Of a DNA stretch of 64,000 nt, positions 1 to 9,073 are shown in pieces. The notes beneath the pieces were generated by a model. It was not told the DNA's origin. It made no database searches and saw only the letters and a program-made list of their open reading frames with translations. The stretch lies in NCBI GenBank assembly GCA_000146465.1, contig CP001943.1; one strand, given 5' to 3'. Numbering within the stretch: the stretch's first letter is position 1; each line of letters opens with the position of its first letter. A program made the position numbers and the translations under genes.

Positions 1-805
1 ACTTCTTTTTCAGATCTCCATAAACTTCCTCCTCATCCATCACAAGCCCATAGTAAAGAGACAGAAACATCCCATCGCTCATCTCAATCCCTCTCTGAAT
101 CACCTTCTTGGCCTTCTCTTTCTGTCCAATGCCTATCAGATATTCACTATAGAAGAAGTAGGCTTCTTCTGCATAATAGAATGAATCTAGGATGTAATTG
201 TATATAAAGTGCATCCTAGACTCATGAGTTCTTCCCCCAAGCTTCATTCCGTTTTCCATCTCCAGATCTATTAGCTTTGCTGCATTCTTCACACTCCAGG
301 ACCTTATCAGCGGTTGCATCTGCTGATACCTTTGGAACGAACTCTGGAAAATAGGAAGGGTGTCGCTTACTATCTTCTTTCCTGTAATTTTGTTGAGCTC
401 TAGCTCAAAGTTCTCAAAGTCCTTCCATAGCTCGCTTAAGGAACTCATCGGCGTTTGCAGCGCTCTCATGTATCCATTTCTTATCTTTTCTATCCTTGTC
501 TGTTCATCCTCGATCTTTCCAAGCTCTTCAATGTATTCCTTGTACAGTCCATACGAGTCCCAGTAATTCTCAAACTGCCCTAACGTAAACTCATACACCT
601 CATACAACTTAAATTTCTTCTGGCTGACCTTTCGGACATACTCGATGTATAGCATCCAGAGCTCCAAGTTGTATGACTTCTTCAAACACTTTCCAAACAG
701 ACTTTCAAGACTCCTATAGTCCTTCGATGTATACAGATCTCTTGCATGCTCCATAATAGCTGAAGGACTGCCCATTTCAATCCCTGTTTTCTCTTCTACA
801 TCCAT
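1..805 (-). CDS. RNA14: mRNA 3'-end processing factor RNA14/CstF-77, N-terminal HAT-repeat part; the gene continues beyond the window start
   Basis: I translated the minus strand from the ATG at 805-803: MDVEEKTGIEMGSPSAIMEHARDLYTSKDYRSLESLFGKCLKKSYNLELWMLYIEYVRK...EQTRIEKIRNGYMRALQTPMSSLSELWKDFENFE. This aligns with the CstF-77 HAT repeats (human [24 protein letters not shown] and [34 protein letters not shown]). The reading frame stays open to position 1. The track does not list it because there is no stop inside the window. Confidence 0.7.
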   Translation of the reverse strand, partial: MDVEEKTGIEMGSPSAIMEHARDLYTSKDYRSLESLFGKCLKKSYNLELWMLYIEYVRKVSQKKFKLYEVYEFTLGQFENYWDSYGLYKEYIEELGKIEDEQTRIEKIRNGYMRALQTPMSSLSELWKDFENFELELNKITGKKIVSDTLPIFQSSFQRYQQMQPLIRSWSVKNAAKLIDLEMENGMKLGGRTHESRMHFIYNYILDSFYYAEEAYFFYSEYLIGIGQKEKAKKVIQRGIEMSDGMFLSLYYGLVMDEEEVYGDLKKK

Positions 806-860
806 CCGGGGTCAAAATTCCCCCAATATAACTCTTGTTCTAAAATCATTGGAAAAGGAA

Positions 861-1793
861 TCATTTATTCTTGTCCAAAAACTCCATGGCCTTTATCCCG
901 CATATGGCCCCTGAAGCTGCAGCCGTCACAGCCTGGCGGTACTTCCTATCGCAGACATCTCCTGCTGCAAAAAGGCCCGGAACACTTGTGCATGCATCGT
1001 CCTTCACAACAATGTATCCGTTGGAATCCAGATCTACATTTACACTCTTCAGAAACGAAGTGTTCGGATCATGGCCTATTCCAAAGAACACCCCATCCAT
1101 CGGAATTGTCTTTGTCTCCCCCGTCTCGGTATTGCGGACAACAATCTCTTTAATCTTGTTGGTTCCCTCTGCACGCTCCAGAACATAGGGCGTCATTATC
1201 TCGATGTTCTCTGTGTTCCTAGCCTTCTCAATCATGTCGCTCCTTGCACGGAACTCATTCCTTCGGTGGATGATGTAGACTTTCTTGGCAATGTTTGAAA
1301 GATAAAGCCCCTCCTCCATGGCTGCATCTCCCCCTCCAATCACACAGGTGACTTTGTTTACGTAAATAAACCCATCGCACACTGCACACGAGCTCACACC
1401 TTTCTGCCAGAACTCGTCATCTCCTGTTCCAGGTACAAAAAGCCGTCTTGCAGAGGCCCCTGTGGCAACAATAACAATCCTTGCCTTTTTCTCTCCTTTC
1501 TCACTGGAAACCACAAACCACTCATCCTCCTTCCTCACGTCCGAAACCGTCTCCTTGACAACCCGGAGTCCCCTCGAGACTGCATGTTCTTTCATCAGCT
1601 GGGTGAGTTCTGGCCCCTCAATTCCCCCCGGAAACCCTGGATAGTTATCTACCGACGTTGTTGTGGTAAGTTGGCCTCCTGGCCCATTATTTCCTATGTA
1701 CCCTCCCTCAAAAAGCAAAGGGTTTCCCCTCATCGTATACAGTGCTGCATTATAGGCTGCTGGCCCACTTCCTATAATAACAATGTTTTCCAT
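861..1793 (-). CDS. TRR1: thioredoxin reductase (low-Mr type, CAVC active site)
   Basis: MENIVIIGSGPAAY Rossmann start, CAVCDG redox motif and GGGDAAMEE NADPH site. The ORF-track start at 1817 is a TTG; the first ATG is at 1793. Confidence 0.85.
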   Translation of the reverse strand: MENIVIIGSGPAAYNAALYTMRGNPLLFEGGYIGNNGPGGQLTTTTSVDNYPGFPGGIEGPELTQLMKEHAVSRGLRVVKETVSDVRKEDEWFVVSSEKGEKKARIVIVATGASARRLFVPGTGDDEFWQKGVSSCAVCDGFIYVNKVTCVIGGGDAAMEEGLYLSNIAKKVYIIHRRNEFRARSDMIEKARNTENIEIMTPYVLERAEGTNKIKEIVVRNTETGETKTIPMDGVFFGIGHDPNTSFLKSVNVDLDSNGYIVVKDDACTSVPGLFAAGDVCDRKYRQAVTAAASGAICGIKAMEFLDKNK

Positions 1794-1851
1794 TGGGGCT
1801 TGATCCCGTCCGAACAATATCTCGCTAGGTCTTCCAATAATTAAGGCTAGA

Positions 1852-2490
1852 TCATTCTACCTTCTTCAGCTCCTTGTCTGTTTCCCTAATCACCTTTGAG
1901 GATCTTTCATTAATCATCGATATGTCGTTCACAATGCTCTTATGCCTGGCTGCTTCCTTATTCTGCTTGTCTGCCTCTACCCTTATCTGCCTCACCGTGT
2001 TCAACACTCCAACCATCTCCCGGTCAGTTTTGTTCTGCCCTTTTATGTACTCTTCTCCTTCTTCAAACTCCACGTGCTTGGGTGCTTGCTCTACATCGTT
2101 TTCTTCCTCCTGCCCCCTATTCACAATATCATCAATTCCTCCTCTATCTCTTCGAAACCATCTCTTTATCGCACGCACACATGGAAGTTCACAGCTGAAC
2201 ACTCTTCCTTCTCGCTCAATGTCCTCCGTAATCTCAGATCCCCTCCTAGCATTCACATTTATCCCAACCGCCGCTCTCTTTGCATTCTCCAGGGTCTCTC
2301 CTTGCCTCATAAGCTCCTCCGTCGTAGCCTTCTGCTTGAGAGCAGACTCGTCAAGCTGCATTCGAACCCCTTTTGCCCTTTCGTAGTTCTGCTCCTCAAT
2401 CCTTTCCGCCTCTTCAATCACATCCTGTGGGACCCCCTTCTTCTTCTTGCTCTTCACAGCCTTGTCCAGTGAGTAGACATCTCCTCCCAT
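1852..2490 (-). CDS. SNAP-25/Sec9-like Qbc SNARE (two coiled coils separated by a Cys cluster, no TM)
   Basis: ELMRQGETLENAKRAAVGINVNARRGSEITEDIEREGRVFSCELPC parallels SNAP-25 [41 protein letters not shown]. A second C-terminal heptad SNARE-like motif follows. There is no membrane anchor. Confidence 0.5.
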   Translation of the reverse strand: MGGDVYSLDKAVKSKKKKGVPQDVIEEAERIEEQNYERAKGVRMQLDESALKQKATTEELMRQGETLENAKRAAVGINVNARRGSEITEDIEREGRVFSCELPCVRAIKRWFRRDRGGIDDIVNRGQEEENDVEQAPKHVEFEEGEEYIKGQNKTDREMVGVLNTVRQIRVEADKQNKEAARHKSIVNDISMINERSSKVIRETDKELKKVE

Positions 2491-2574
2491 CGGATTGTTT
2501 ATTTCTACGTTTTAAAAACTATCCTCCAAGGAAAACATCTTAGTAGCCTAAACATAGAAAACAAACATTTAATC

Positions 2575-3177
2575 TCATATCATCTTCTTCTTCTGGAAAA
2601 ACTTCTTGAGAGAGTACAGCTCGTATGAATTCACTCCGAAGTAGATAACAAGAGTTATCACCGAAAACACCGTCACAAAGGAAAACATCCTTCTGTGCTC
2701 GTAGTCAACACTCCCCATCCTGTGTGCAAGATACTCAGACTCGTTGTTGAGCTCGTAAAGCAGGTTGTCCAGCTTTGTCATTGCTGCCATGGCTGGCTCC
2801 ACACTGACTTTCTTTGCAACGTCCTTCTTGAATGTGTCAAACTGAGCACTAAAGTTGAGCTCTATCTCTCCAAACGTATGGGGCTGCGTCTCATCAATCA
2901 CAATAGGCGTTAATACCATCGACAGCACCTTTGGCTCGCTTATATTGAATGAAAAATGTGTCTCTGTATCCACAGGAAGGTTTTCGTTTGACAGGTAGAC
3001 ACTTCCACTCTCAGATGCCAATACAGCCTTAAAGCTAGAGTTTTTACAATTGATCGGCTTGAGATATCCTTTGCAGATCTTGTTTTCAATCACATCAAAC
3101 TCAACCTCGATGTTTCTTTTCCGCCTTACAGAGAAGATCTCTGCAAATATTATCCCAAGATATAGGACAAAAATCAT
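2575..3177 (-). CDS. p24/emp24 (GOLD-domain) cargo receptor
   Basis: N-terminal signal-like hydrophobic segment, luminal GOLD-like region, coiled coil, C-terminal TM and a short tail LKKFFQKKKMI with FF plus dibasic COPII/COPI motifs. Confidence 0.6.
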   Translation of the reverse strand: MIFVLYLGIIFAEIFSVRRKRNIEVEFDVIENKICKGYLKPINCKNSSFKAVLASESGSVYLSNENLPVDTETHFSFNISEPKVLSMVLTPIVIDETQPHTFGEIELNFSAQFDTFKKDVAKKVSVEPAMAAMTKLDNLLYELNNESEYLAHRMGSVDYEHRRMFSFVTVFSVITLVIYFGVNSYELYSLKKFFQKKKMI

Positions 3178-3250
3178 GGGTTGTTTGGGTATAAGGTATT
3201 TCTATCTCATTCCTTATTTGGCAAGGGATACACAAGGTTCATATGATGAT

Positions 3251-3748
3251 CTAGATTTCCCTGAACTCCCCCTCCCTAAGCCTTACTGCAGAGGGTCCTT
3301 CGACATGCTCTCCATCTCTCACCACTATACAGTGTTCTCCCTTGTACTTCATGGCTTCAAACCTAATCCCATCCTTGGACACATATCCATACACACTTTG
3401 TAGAATTCCACAGATCATTTCCAGGCATTCCTCTTCTTTTCCTGTGTACTGAAGTAACGGGAGCCTTCCCAGACTGATGATACCTTGATTGTGTGTGGGG
3501 TGGAACGAGAAGTAGTATGGAAAGAAAGACTCCGATATGTCTTTTGATACTTCTCCTAAACCCATAGGCTTTTCCGGCTTGCCAGTGAAGAAAAAGTCGT
3601 CTGCCATCCTTTCACCGATCCTCTTTCCAATTGTAAATAACCTCTCTCTACTTCCTTCTGGCCCATCCTTTATGACTTTGTTGATGAATGATGTATACAT
3701 CAATCCAAAGACGTCATGGTTCACTTTCTGGCCATCCTCCCTAGACAT
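3251..3748 (-). CDS. TRAPP complex subunit, Bet3-fold family (Bet3/Trs31/Trs33)
   Basis: 165 aa. DVFGLMYTSFINKVIKD...LFTIGKRIGERMADDF and ...CLEMICGILQSVYGYVSKDGIRFEA resemble the two conserved blocks of Bet3-family TRAPP subunits. Confidence 0.5.
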   Translation of the reverse strand: MSREDGQKVNHDVFGLMYTSFINKVIKDGPEGSRERLFTIGKRIGERMADDFFFTGKPEKPMGLGEVSKDISESFFPYYFSFHPTHNQGIISLGRLPLLQYTGKEEECLEMICGILQSVYGYVSKDGIRFEAMKYKGEHCIVVRDGEHVEGPSAVRLREGEFREI

Positions 3749-3779
3749 TCAGGGCTAGTCTGCAAACCCTCAATACAAG

Positions 3780-4232
3780 ATGCAGAGCAGTAGCCACAGG
3801 GCCGGAAAAGACGCCTCCCAGGAAGGTCTGGAGTCTGTGGAGTTTCTCGACCATCTTGCAGATATCCAAATGCATTGCACGGCAACCAGCCTTCCGGCTC
3901 TGTATGAGGTGGCTGTGAAAGGGATGATGAGCTATGCAGTAAGAATACCACCGGCGGCCCAAGGGACCGGAAGAGTTGAGCTACAGGAAGGATCTTCCGA
4001 AATGAACATGGTGGGACTTCTAACATATTTCATTGATATGATGTATGGAGAAGGCCTTGTTGTCTCCGAAGTCTCTGTACAGCTAAAGGATGGCCATCTT
4101 TTTTGCGACTATTCCGTGGCAAGCGGATCCGAATGCCAAAGCCTCTGTGAAATCAAAGCAGTTACTTTATGTGGTTTGAAAATATTTGAGGAGGAGAATG
4201 TGTTCCATCTCTACTGCATCTTCGATGTTTGA
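3780..4232 (+). CDS. archease (RtcB RNA-ligase cofactor)
   Basis: VEFLDHLADIQMHCTATSLPALYEVAVKGMMSYAV corresponds to the archease signature [33 protein letters not shown]. The C-terminal EIKAVTLCGLKIFEEENVFHLYCIFDV corresponds to EVKAITYSAMQVYNEENPEVFVIIDI. Confidence 0.7.
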   Translation: MQSSSHRAGKDASQEGLESVEFLDHLADIQMHCTATSLPALYEVAVKGMMSYAVRIPPAAQGTGRVELQEGSSEMNMVGLLTYFIDMMYGEGLVVSEVSVQLKDGHLFCDYSVASGSECQSLCEIKAVTLCGLKIFEEENVFHLYCIFDV

Positions 4233-4301
4233 CTTCCTCTTGGTCGGAGGACAAAAGAAGTAAATCCTTTATTAATGATTAAATAAACCCAAGGGAATTG
4301 G

Positions 4302-4961
4302 TCATTTCTTCTCCGGTTGCCCAGTCTCTGTAACCTCTATGAAGTTGTAGTTCAGGAGATCTGTAGGAGGCTTTGTCTCTTTCTCTTCCTTTTCAGGGCC
4401 CTGGAGTCTTTTCAAAGTTGTCTGGAATCGGCTCCTTAGAGACTCCAGATCCTTTGAGATCTTCTCCAAGGCTTTAAGTTCTTCTCCTATCTCTTTTATC
4501 TCGGCGCGGGTTAGAGAGATCTCTTTCTTCGGGCTCAACGGCTTGAGGAGAAATGATGCAGAGATCGGAGTTTCAAAAGTAAGCTCCGACTGGACTTCAG
4601 GCTTGGGGGCATCATCCGAGACTGTTTTTGACTCGTGATACCTCGAAGGAGTTGTTTTTTTCTCGACTTCGCTAAGAATACTCGGCAGCTTCTGCTCCGC
4701 ATTTGAATTCAAGACCACATTTTTCTTCCCAGAGTCCTCCTCAACCACTATCACAGTCTTCTTCCTGGGGGCGGGATTCTCTAAATCTTTGGAATGAGAT
4801 GGACTGTGCTTTCCCTTGGTAGGCAGGAGTCTGTGATGCTCATCCTTCACAGCAACCTCCAAAAACTTTTTGAAGATGTTATCTGTGGACTTGGTGGAAG
4901 AGTCCTCTGCACTGCAGAACACACTAAAGGTCAAGGTCATCGAGACCATCAGAAGCCTCAT
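4302..4961 (-). CDS. hypothetical secreted protein: signal peptide then a Lys/Glu/Ser/Pro-rich low-complexity region and a C-terminal coiled coil
   Basis: MRLLMVSMTLTFSVFCSAEDSS is a signal-peptide-like N-terminus. The remainder has no Cys and is charged and disordered. It ends in a heptad-like EIKEIGEELKALEKISKDLESLRSRFQTTLKRL. I recognise no domain. Confidence 0.5.
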   Translation of the reverse strand: MRLLMVSMTLTFSVFCSAEDSSTKSTDNIFKKFLEVAVKDEHHRLLPTKGKHSPSHSKDLENPAPRKKTVIVVEEDSGKKNVVLNSNAEQKLPSILSEVEKKTTPSRYHESKTVSDDAPKPEVQSELTFETPISASFLLKPLSPKKEISLTRAEIKEIGEELKALEKISKDLESLRSRFQTTLKRLQGPEKEEKETKPPTDLLNYNFIEVTETGQPEKK

Positions 4962-5058
4962 TATTTACAAACTGTCTTTTGAATTTGTAGCTTAATCAAA
5001 AACCTGTTTCAAAGGGTGGTTGGGATGTTGATATGTAAGCAGCAGTAGACCCACGATA

Positions 5059-5847
5059 ATGGATTTTGTTCCTCCAGCCAAGCAGAGAGAGCTGAGGTCT
5101 GCACTCGAGAAGATAGAGTCCGGCATAGTGGTGGTCCACGGGCCTCCGGGGTCTTCGAAGACTTACAGCATAGAGAGGACGGCTCAGGGCTTGGGCTTGT
5201 CCATAGAATATATCGAAGATGTCGGGATGTACAAAAGTATGCTTCCCATCCGGAATGCCATATGTCTTACAGACATGGATGACTATGAATACTTGTCCAG
5301 GCATAGAAAAAGACTGGAGAAAATGAAGAACTTGGTGATTGAGACTAGAACATTGTTCTCCATTGGGAAAATACTTCCAAATGCCACCATTGTGAATTTC
5401 GGAAAGATCTCAAGTAGGAAGATCCAGAAGTTTTACAATCTAAATGAAAAGGAGGCTTTGAAGGTGGGAGAAAACCTCCATGCTGTTGGGTTCTGTAAGT
5501 ATGGTATAAGAAGCGAGACTGTTTCAATATTCCATCTACTTGGAAAGCTGTTCCACTCGAAAGAAACAGATGTCCCAAAGGCTGCCGAAATGATCAATGT
5601 GTATGGGCGAGACCGATTTATTGGGTATTTGATCGAGAACTGCACATCTTTCATGTCTATTAAAGACATTCACAAGCTTATCGATGGAATTAGCCTTGAG
5701 GACATAGGAGAAATGCATCTGGAGCATTTGATTTGGGTGGTTTTGAGCTCGGTGAAGGTAGGCCCAAGGAGGTTTTTCAGCTTCCGGTCGTGGAAGGGGG
5801 CCGTCTTAAGTGAGCACACATGTAGCAACCTTTGCATGAACAGATAG
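5059..5847 (+). CDS. P-loop NTPase, AAA+-like (possible Rad17/Rad24- or RFC-like clamp-loader relative)
   Basis: Walker A IVVVHGPPGSSKTYS close to the N-terminus, as in clamp-loader subunits. The rest is divergent. CCC precedes the ATG. Confidence 0.35.
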   Translation: MDFVPPAKQRELRSALEKIESGIVVVHGPPGSSKTYSIERTAQGLGLSIEYIEDVGMYKSMLPIRNAICLTDMDDYEYLSRHRKRLEKMKNLVIETRTLFSIGKILPNATIVNFGKISSRKIQKFYNLNEKEALKVGENLHAVGFCKYGIRSETVSIFHLLGKLFHSKETDVPKAAEMINVYGRDRFIGYLIENCTSFMSIKDIHKLIDGISLEDIGEMHLEHLIWVVLSSVKVGPRRFFSFRSWKGAVLSEHTCSNLCMNR

Positions 5848-5909
5848 TGTACATTTGTACCCAAGGCTGGGGAGGACTAAAGATAACTTGTAAACAATGA
5901 TCCCTGGCA

Positions 5910-6590
5910 ATGAGTTTTTCCAAGATCAAGCCGAAGTCTTACGAGGGAAAAATGGAAGAGTGGTTGTCTGCAATCAGCATGAAGGTTACTGACCTGAACA
6001 GTCTGGTTCTCGACTACCTGGTCCATGAGGGACTAGGGGATATTGCAGCAGAGTTTGCAAGAGATGTTGGATTGCCTTTTACTGCATCTTCATTTCTGAG
6101 CCATAGAACACGGATAAGAGATGCAATTGAAGAGGGAGATATCAAGAAAGCCATATCGAGGATAAACGATCTGAACACGGAGATAATTGATGGGAATATT
6201 GAGCTGTACTATTTCCTTATGGAACAGAAGGCATGCGAACAAGCACAAGCGATAAGAAGCGAAGGAGAAAGCACAGAGGAGCAGAAGGTGTTTATTCTCC
6301 TTGAAGAAGTTCTTGAGTTTATACGTTCTGAGCTGTCGCCGATTGTTGAGGAAAACCCAGCCTTGGGGCCGCACTTTGAGGACCTCCTTGAGTTTGTTGT
6401 GTTCAACTCTCGGAAAGAGGCTGTGGTGGAGAGGAGGAGGAGGTTGGCAGAGTATATCAACAGGAATATACTGGAGAAGTACGAAGTAACGGAAAACGAG
6501 CTAAAGAAAGTTCTTGACGGAATTGTAAAGGGCGAAAGATTGCTGACGGAGAAGTACAAGTTCCCCACATTCAACGAGTCATTTATATGA
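5910..6590 (+). CDS. GID8: CTLH-complex subunit GID8/TWA1 (LisH-CTLH-CRA)
   Basis: 226 aa. The LisH motif LNSLVLDYLVHEGLGDIAAEF, then the CTLH motif IRDAIEEGDIKKAISRINDLNTEI, are colinear with the 228-aa human GID8. Confidence 0.75.
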   Translation: MSFSKIKPKSYEGKMEEWLSAISMKVTDLNSLVLDYLVHEGLGDIAAEFARDVGLPFTASSFLSHRTRIRDAIEEGDIKKAISRINDLNTEIIDGNIELYYFLMEQKACEQAQAIRSEGESTEEQKVFILLEEVLEFIRSELSPIVEENPALGPHFEDLLEFVVFNSRKEAVVERRRRLAEYINRNILEKYEVTENELKKVLDGIVKGERLLTEKYKFPTFNESFI

Positions 6591-6930
6591 CAAGAGCAAA
6601 AGAGACAAAAATAAAACATTACAATAAAAGACTAGTCGGAACACAGCAAAGCCTTGTTCCAAAGGGAACATCTGTCATCAATGAGATGAAGAAACATCTC
6701 GGCTTCCATTTGGCTTGCTGCCACAACTCGTCATTCTAGCCTCGTGGGAATGCAATTGCTGCATTGTGACGTTTCTGGTTAACTAAACAAATGATTCTGA
6801 ATAGTATCCTCGACGCAAGGGCATAAGGCTCCTCGGAATTTATCTACCATTCAAAACGTTTTTCTACGTTCAGGAGGCAGAATTGCTTCTTCTGCAGTAA
6901 CTCCTTAAAAGCGAAAAGAACACCCAGAGC

Positions 6931-7152
6931 ATGGGTGGGGAACCGAAAAGTATATTGCCTCTTGAGAAGATATATGCCTTTTTGTCGAGGGCTGCCGATG
7001 TAGAGATATGGGAGAAGGACATCGGAGTTCGGCACAAAGGAAGAATCGTTGGTTTTGACGAGTACATGAACATTGTGATGGATAGTGGGGCAAAAAGATA
7101 CTTGCTGAAGGGAGACTGCATATCTGTGGTGTTTGGAAAGGACATAGACTAG
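6931..7152 (+). CDS. SME1: snRNP core protein SmE
   Basis: 73 aa. GRIVGFDEYMNIVMD...LKGDCISVV matches the SmE fold (IIGFDEYMNLVLDDAEE...LKGDNITLL). Confidence 0.8.
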   Translation: MGGEPKSILPLEKIYAFLSRAADVEIWEKDIGVRHKGRIVGFDEYMNIVMDSGAKRYLLKGDCISVVFGKDID

Positions 7153-7385
7153 GATAAAATGTAAGCTGGCCGCAATGGGCCAGGTATTGTTCTACTTCTC
7201 GGGAACGAATAGTGCAAAGAGTTGCACCACCAGTAAAGAGAAGTGGGGGTGGGAGCAAAAATATTTCTTAAACCTTTCTGGAGATCTAGAACAGGGGTGC
7301 ACGAGCAGAGAGTCCCTGTGGAAATACTGGCAGGTCTTAAGGACAGGCCAAGGAATAATAAAAAAAGTTTTGTCTCTGAGGGCTA

Positions 7386-8903
7386 ATGTTTGTTTTACAC
7401 CTTGTGGTTACTCTGTGTTCATCTCTGGAAAGAGCTCTGCTAGAGGAAGGAGATATAGAGCATGCAACCCGCCTCTGCGGAACAAGGGAGGGCCCACTGG
7501 ACTATTTCTATAGCTACTTTGTCAAGAAGGTGTTTATGGGGAAGGAGAAGGAAGCCCTTCTTGACATTGTGGAGTCCGACAACTATGGAGATGCCCGAAA
7601 CATTGTTCTAGGGATAATGTCCATGGAGTCTGGAAAAACAAATGAAAAGGCAAAGCTTGCAGCCGATCTGCTTTGGAATGTGGCAACAAAAGTTTCCAGA
7701 AGGTACCTGAAGAACCCTCATGTATTTCTTGCCACAGAGCCTTTTGGGAAGCTTGAGAGAAACTTCTTGTCGAAAAAGGGAGTGGAAAACATTGTCACAA
7801 TGGTTTATTCGGGAGACGACATATCTGCAAGGCTTTTTCTATCGTTATTGGACAACCGCAAGATATACATTGGCGATTATGTCGATGTGATAGAGTTCCT
7901 TGCAAAAAACGATCATGCAAGAGCGTTTGGATATCTTGGGGAGATATATTATCATGGGATTCGGATGAAGAAGTCTTTGGACGAAGCCATGTACTTCTTC
8001 TCACGAGGGAGAGAGATGCAGGACACGGTGGGGGCCTGCGGTGTTGGAAAGGTACTTATGTCCGACGAGTACAGAGATTACAAGAACGCAAAGTCTGCAC
8101 TGTTGCTGGCAAACAAGCTTGGGCAGTCTGGAGAGGCCGAGTATCTGATGTATCTACTTATGAGTAGGAGGCCTGAGTACATGCACAAGGCCAGCTCACA
8201 CATGGACTCTGCCCTTATGTATGGATATCTTCCGGCTATATGCAGGGATGGAATGAACTACTACACAAGCGGACAGTATATGAATGCTTGCATTCGGTTC
8301 CACCCAATCATCGAGTACTCGGACATTGTATACAATCTGCGAAGAAGGGCAGAAGCCAGCTTTGTGTCTCGACGATACAGACAATGTGTGATTGCATTGC
8401 TCATGTGTGCAGAACTTGGATCTGTCTCCTCTATGAGAAATGCAGTATACGTCCTTCAAAGGCATTCGGTCTTCGAGAGGCAGAAGGAAATGCTCTTTGG
8501 GCTATACATGAGACTCCTTTCGAAAGAAGATAAGGATGCTATAAACAGGATAGGGGATGCCTATTTTTACGGAGAGGGGGTTGAGAAGTCGTACAACGAT
8601 GCATTCGCATTCTACATGTCTGCAGCTCTTACTGGAGATCCCGAGGGATACTACAATGTCAGTTATATGTATGAGCACGGGTATGGAATAAAAAAGAGCC
8701 TGTTGCTTGCCTTCAAGTACATTCTGAAGATCAGTCCCGGGGACGACACATATTTGCTCCTCTTGTACACACACATCAGACTCTTTTCCAAGTTTGTTAC
8801 CTATCTCCTGTTTAACAAGTACTCGATTTCTGTATGGATAGGAGCTCTGGTTGTAAGAAAGATGTACATATCCAAAAGGAGCACAAAGGATTTGAAGGAC
8901 TGA
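7386..8903 (+). CDS. Sel1-repeat membrane protein (Hrd3/SEL1L-like ERAD adaptor)
   Basis: Several Sel1-like repeats (GEIYYHGIRMKKSLDEAMYFF; GDAYFYGEGVEKSYNDAFAFYMSAALTGDPEGYYNVSYMYEHGYGIKKS). Hydrophobic N-terminus and a C-terminal TM (ISVWIGALVVRKMYI) with a short basic tail, as in Hrd3. Confidence 0.5.
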   Translation: MFVLHLVVTLCSSLERALLEEGDIEHATRLCGTREGPLDYFYSYFVKKVFMGKEKEALLDIVESDNYGDARNIVLGIMSMESGKTNEKAKLAADLLWNVATKVSRRYLKNPHVFLATEPFGKLERNFLSKKGVENIVTMVYSGDDISARLFLSLLDNRKIYIGDYVDVIEFLAKNDHARAFGYLGEIYYHGIRMKKSLDEAMYFFSRGREMQDTVGACGVGKVLMSDEYRDYKNAKSALLLANKLGQSGEAEYLMYLLMSRRPEYMHKASSHMDSALMYGYLPAICRDGMNYYTSGQYMNACIRFHPIIEYSDIVYNLRRRAEASFVSRRYRQCVIALLMCAELGSVSSMRNAVYVLQRHSVFERQKEMLFGLYMRLLSKEDKDAINRIGDAYFYGEGVEKSYNDAFAFYMSAALTGDPEGYYNVSYMYEHGYGIKKSLLLAFKYILKISPGDDTYLLLLYTHIRLFSKFVTYLLFNKYSISVWIGALVVRKMYISKRSTKDLKD

Positions 8904-9073
8904 TATGTTTTACTAGTAATAAAATGTTAGAATTGTTTTGTGGTGGAGAAGGGAAGAGTAGACGACATTTGGCTGTCTATTGTCTGTTCTGGTTATCCCG
9001 GACAAAGGGTAGATCCAAATTATTTCGATTGCGTTTTCCATAAAGACTGGCACATTTAATAGAAGGGAAATAG

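Noticed and set aside
861-1817. ORF-track N-termini that begin at TTG/GTG codons rendered as M. Coordinates are TrxR 1817, NAC-alpha 9763, HEAT protein 17734, ATR 22209, SF1 31213, NTF2-RRM 30935, TAF11 43318, hypothetical 49367, Uba2 53130, Ste24 57690, small ORF 60463 and GDI 62096.
   Set aside because: Checking the nucleotide sequence shows these start codons are TTG or GTG. Eukaryotic nuclear genes initiate at ATG, so I re-anchored each to the first in-frame ATG, which usually carries the CCC/GGG start-proximal motif.
6591-6930. Possible U2 snRNA gene in the GID8-SmE spacer.
   Set aside because: Only two short U2-like stretches are present, with wrong spacing and without an Sm site or the stem-loop I/IIa arrangement. 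The evidence is insufficient to call an snRNA.
7175-7513. ORF overlapping the start of the Sel1-repeat gene in another frame, a possible frameshift or alternative N-terminus.
   Set aside because: Its translation has no features, while the 7386 ATG opens a 505-aa frame carrying the Sel1 repeats and a C-terminal TM.
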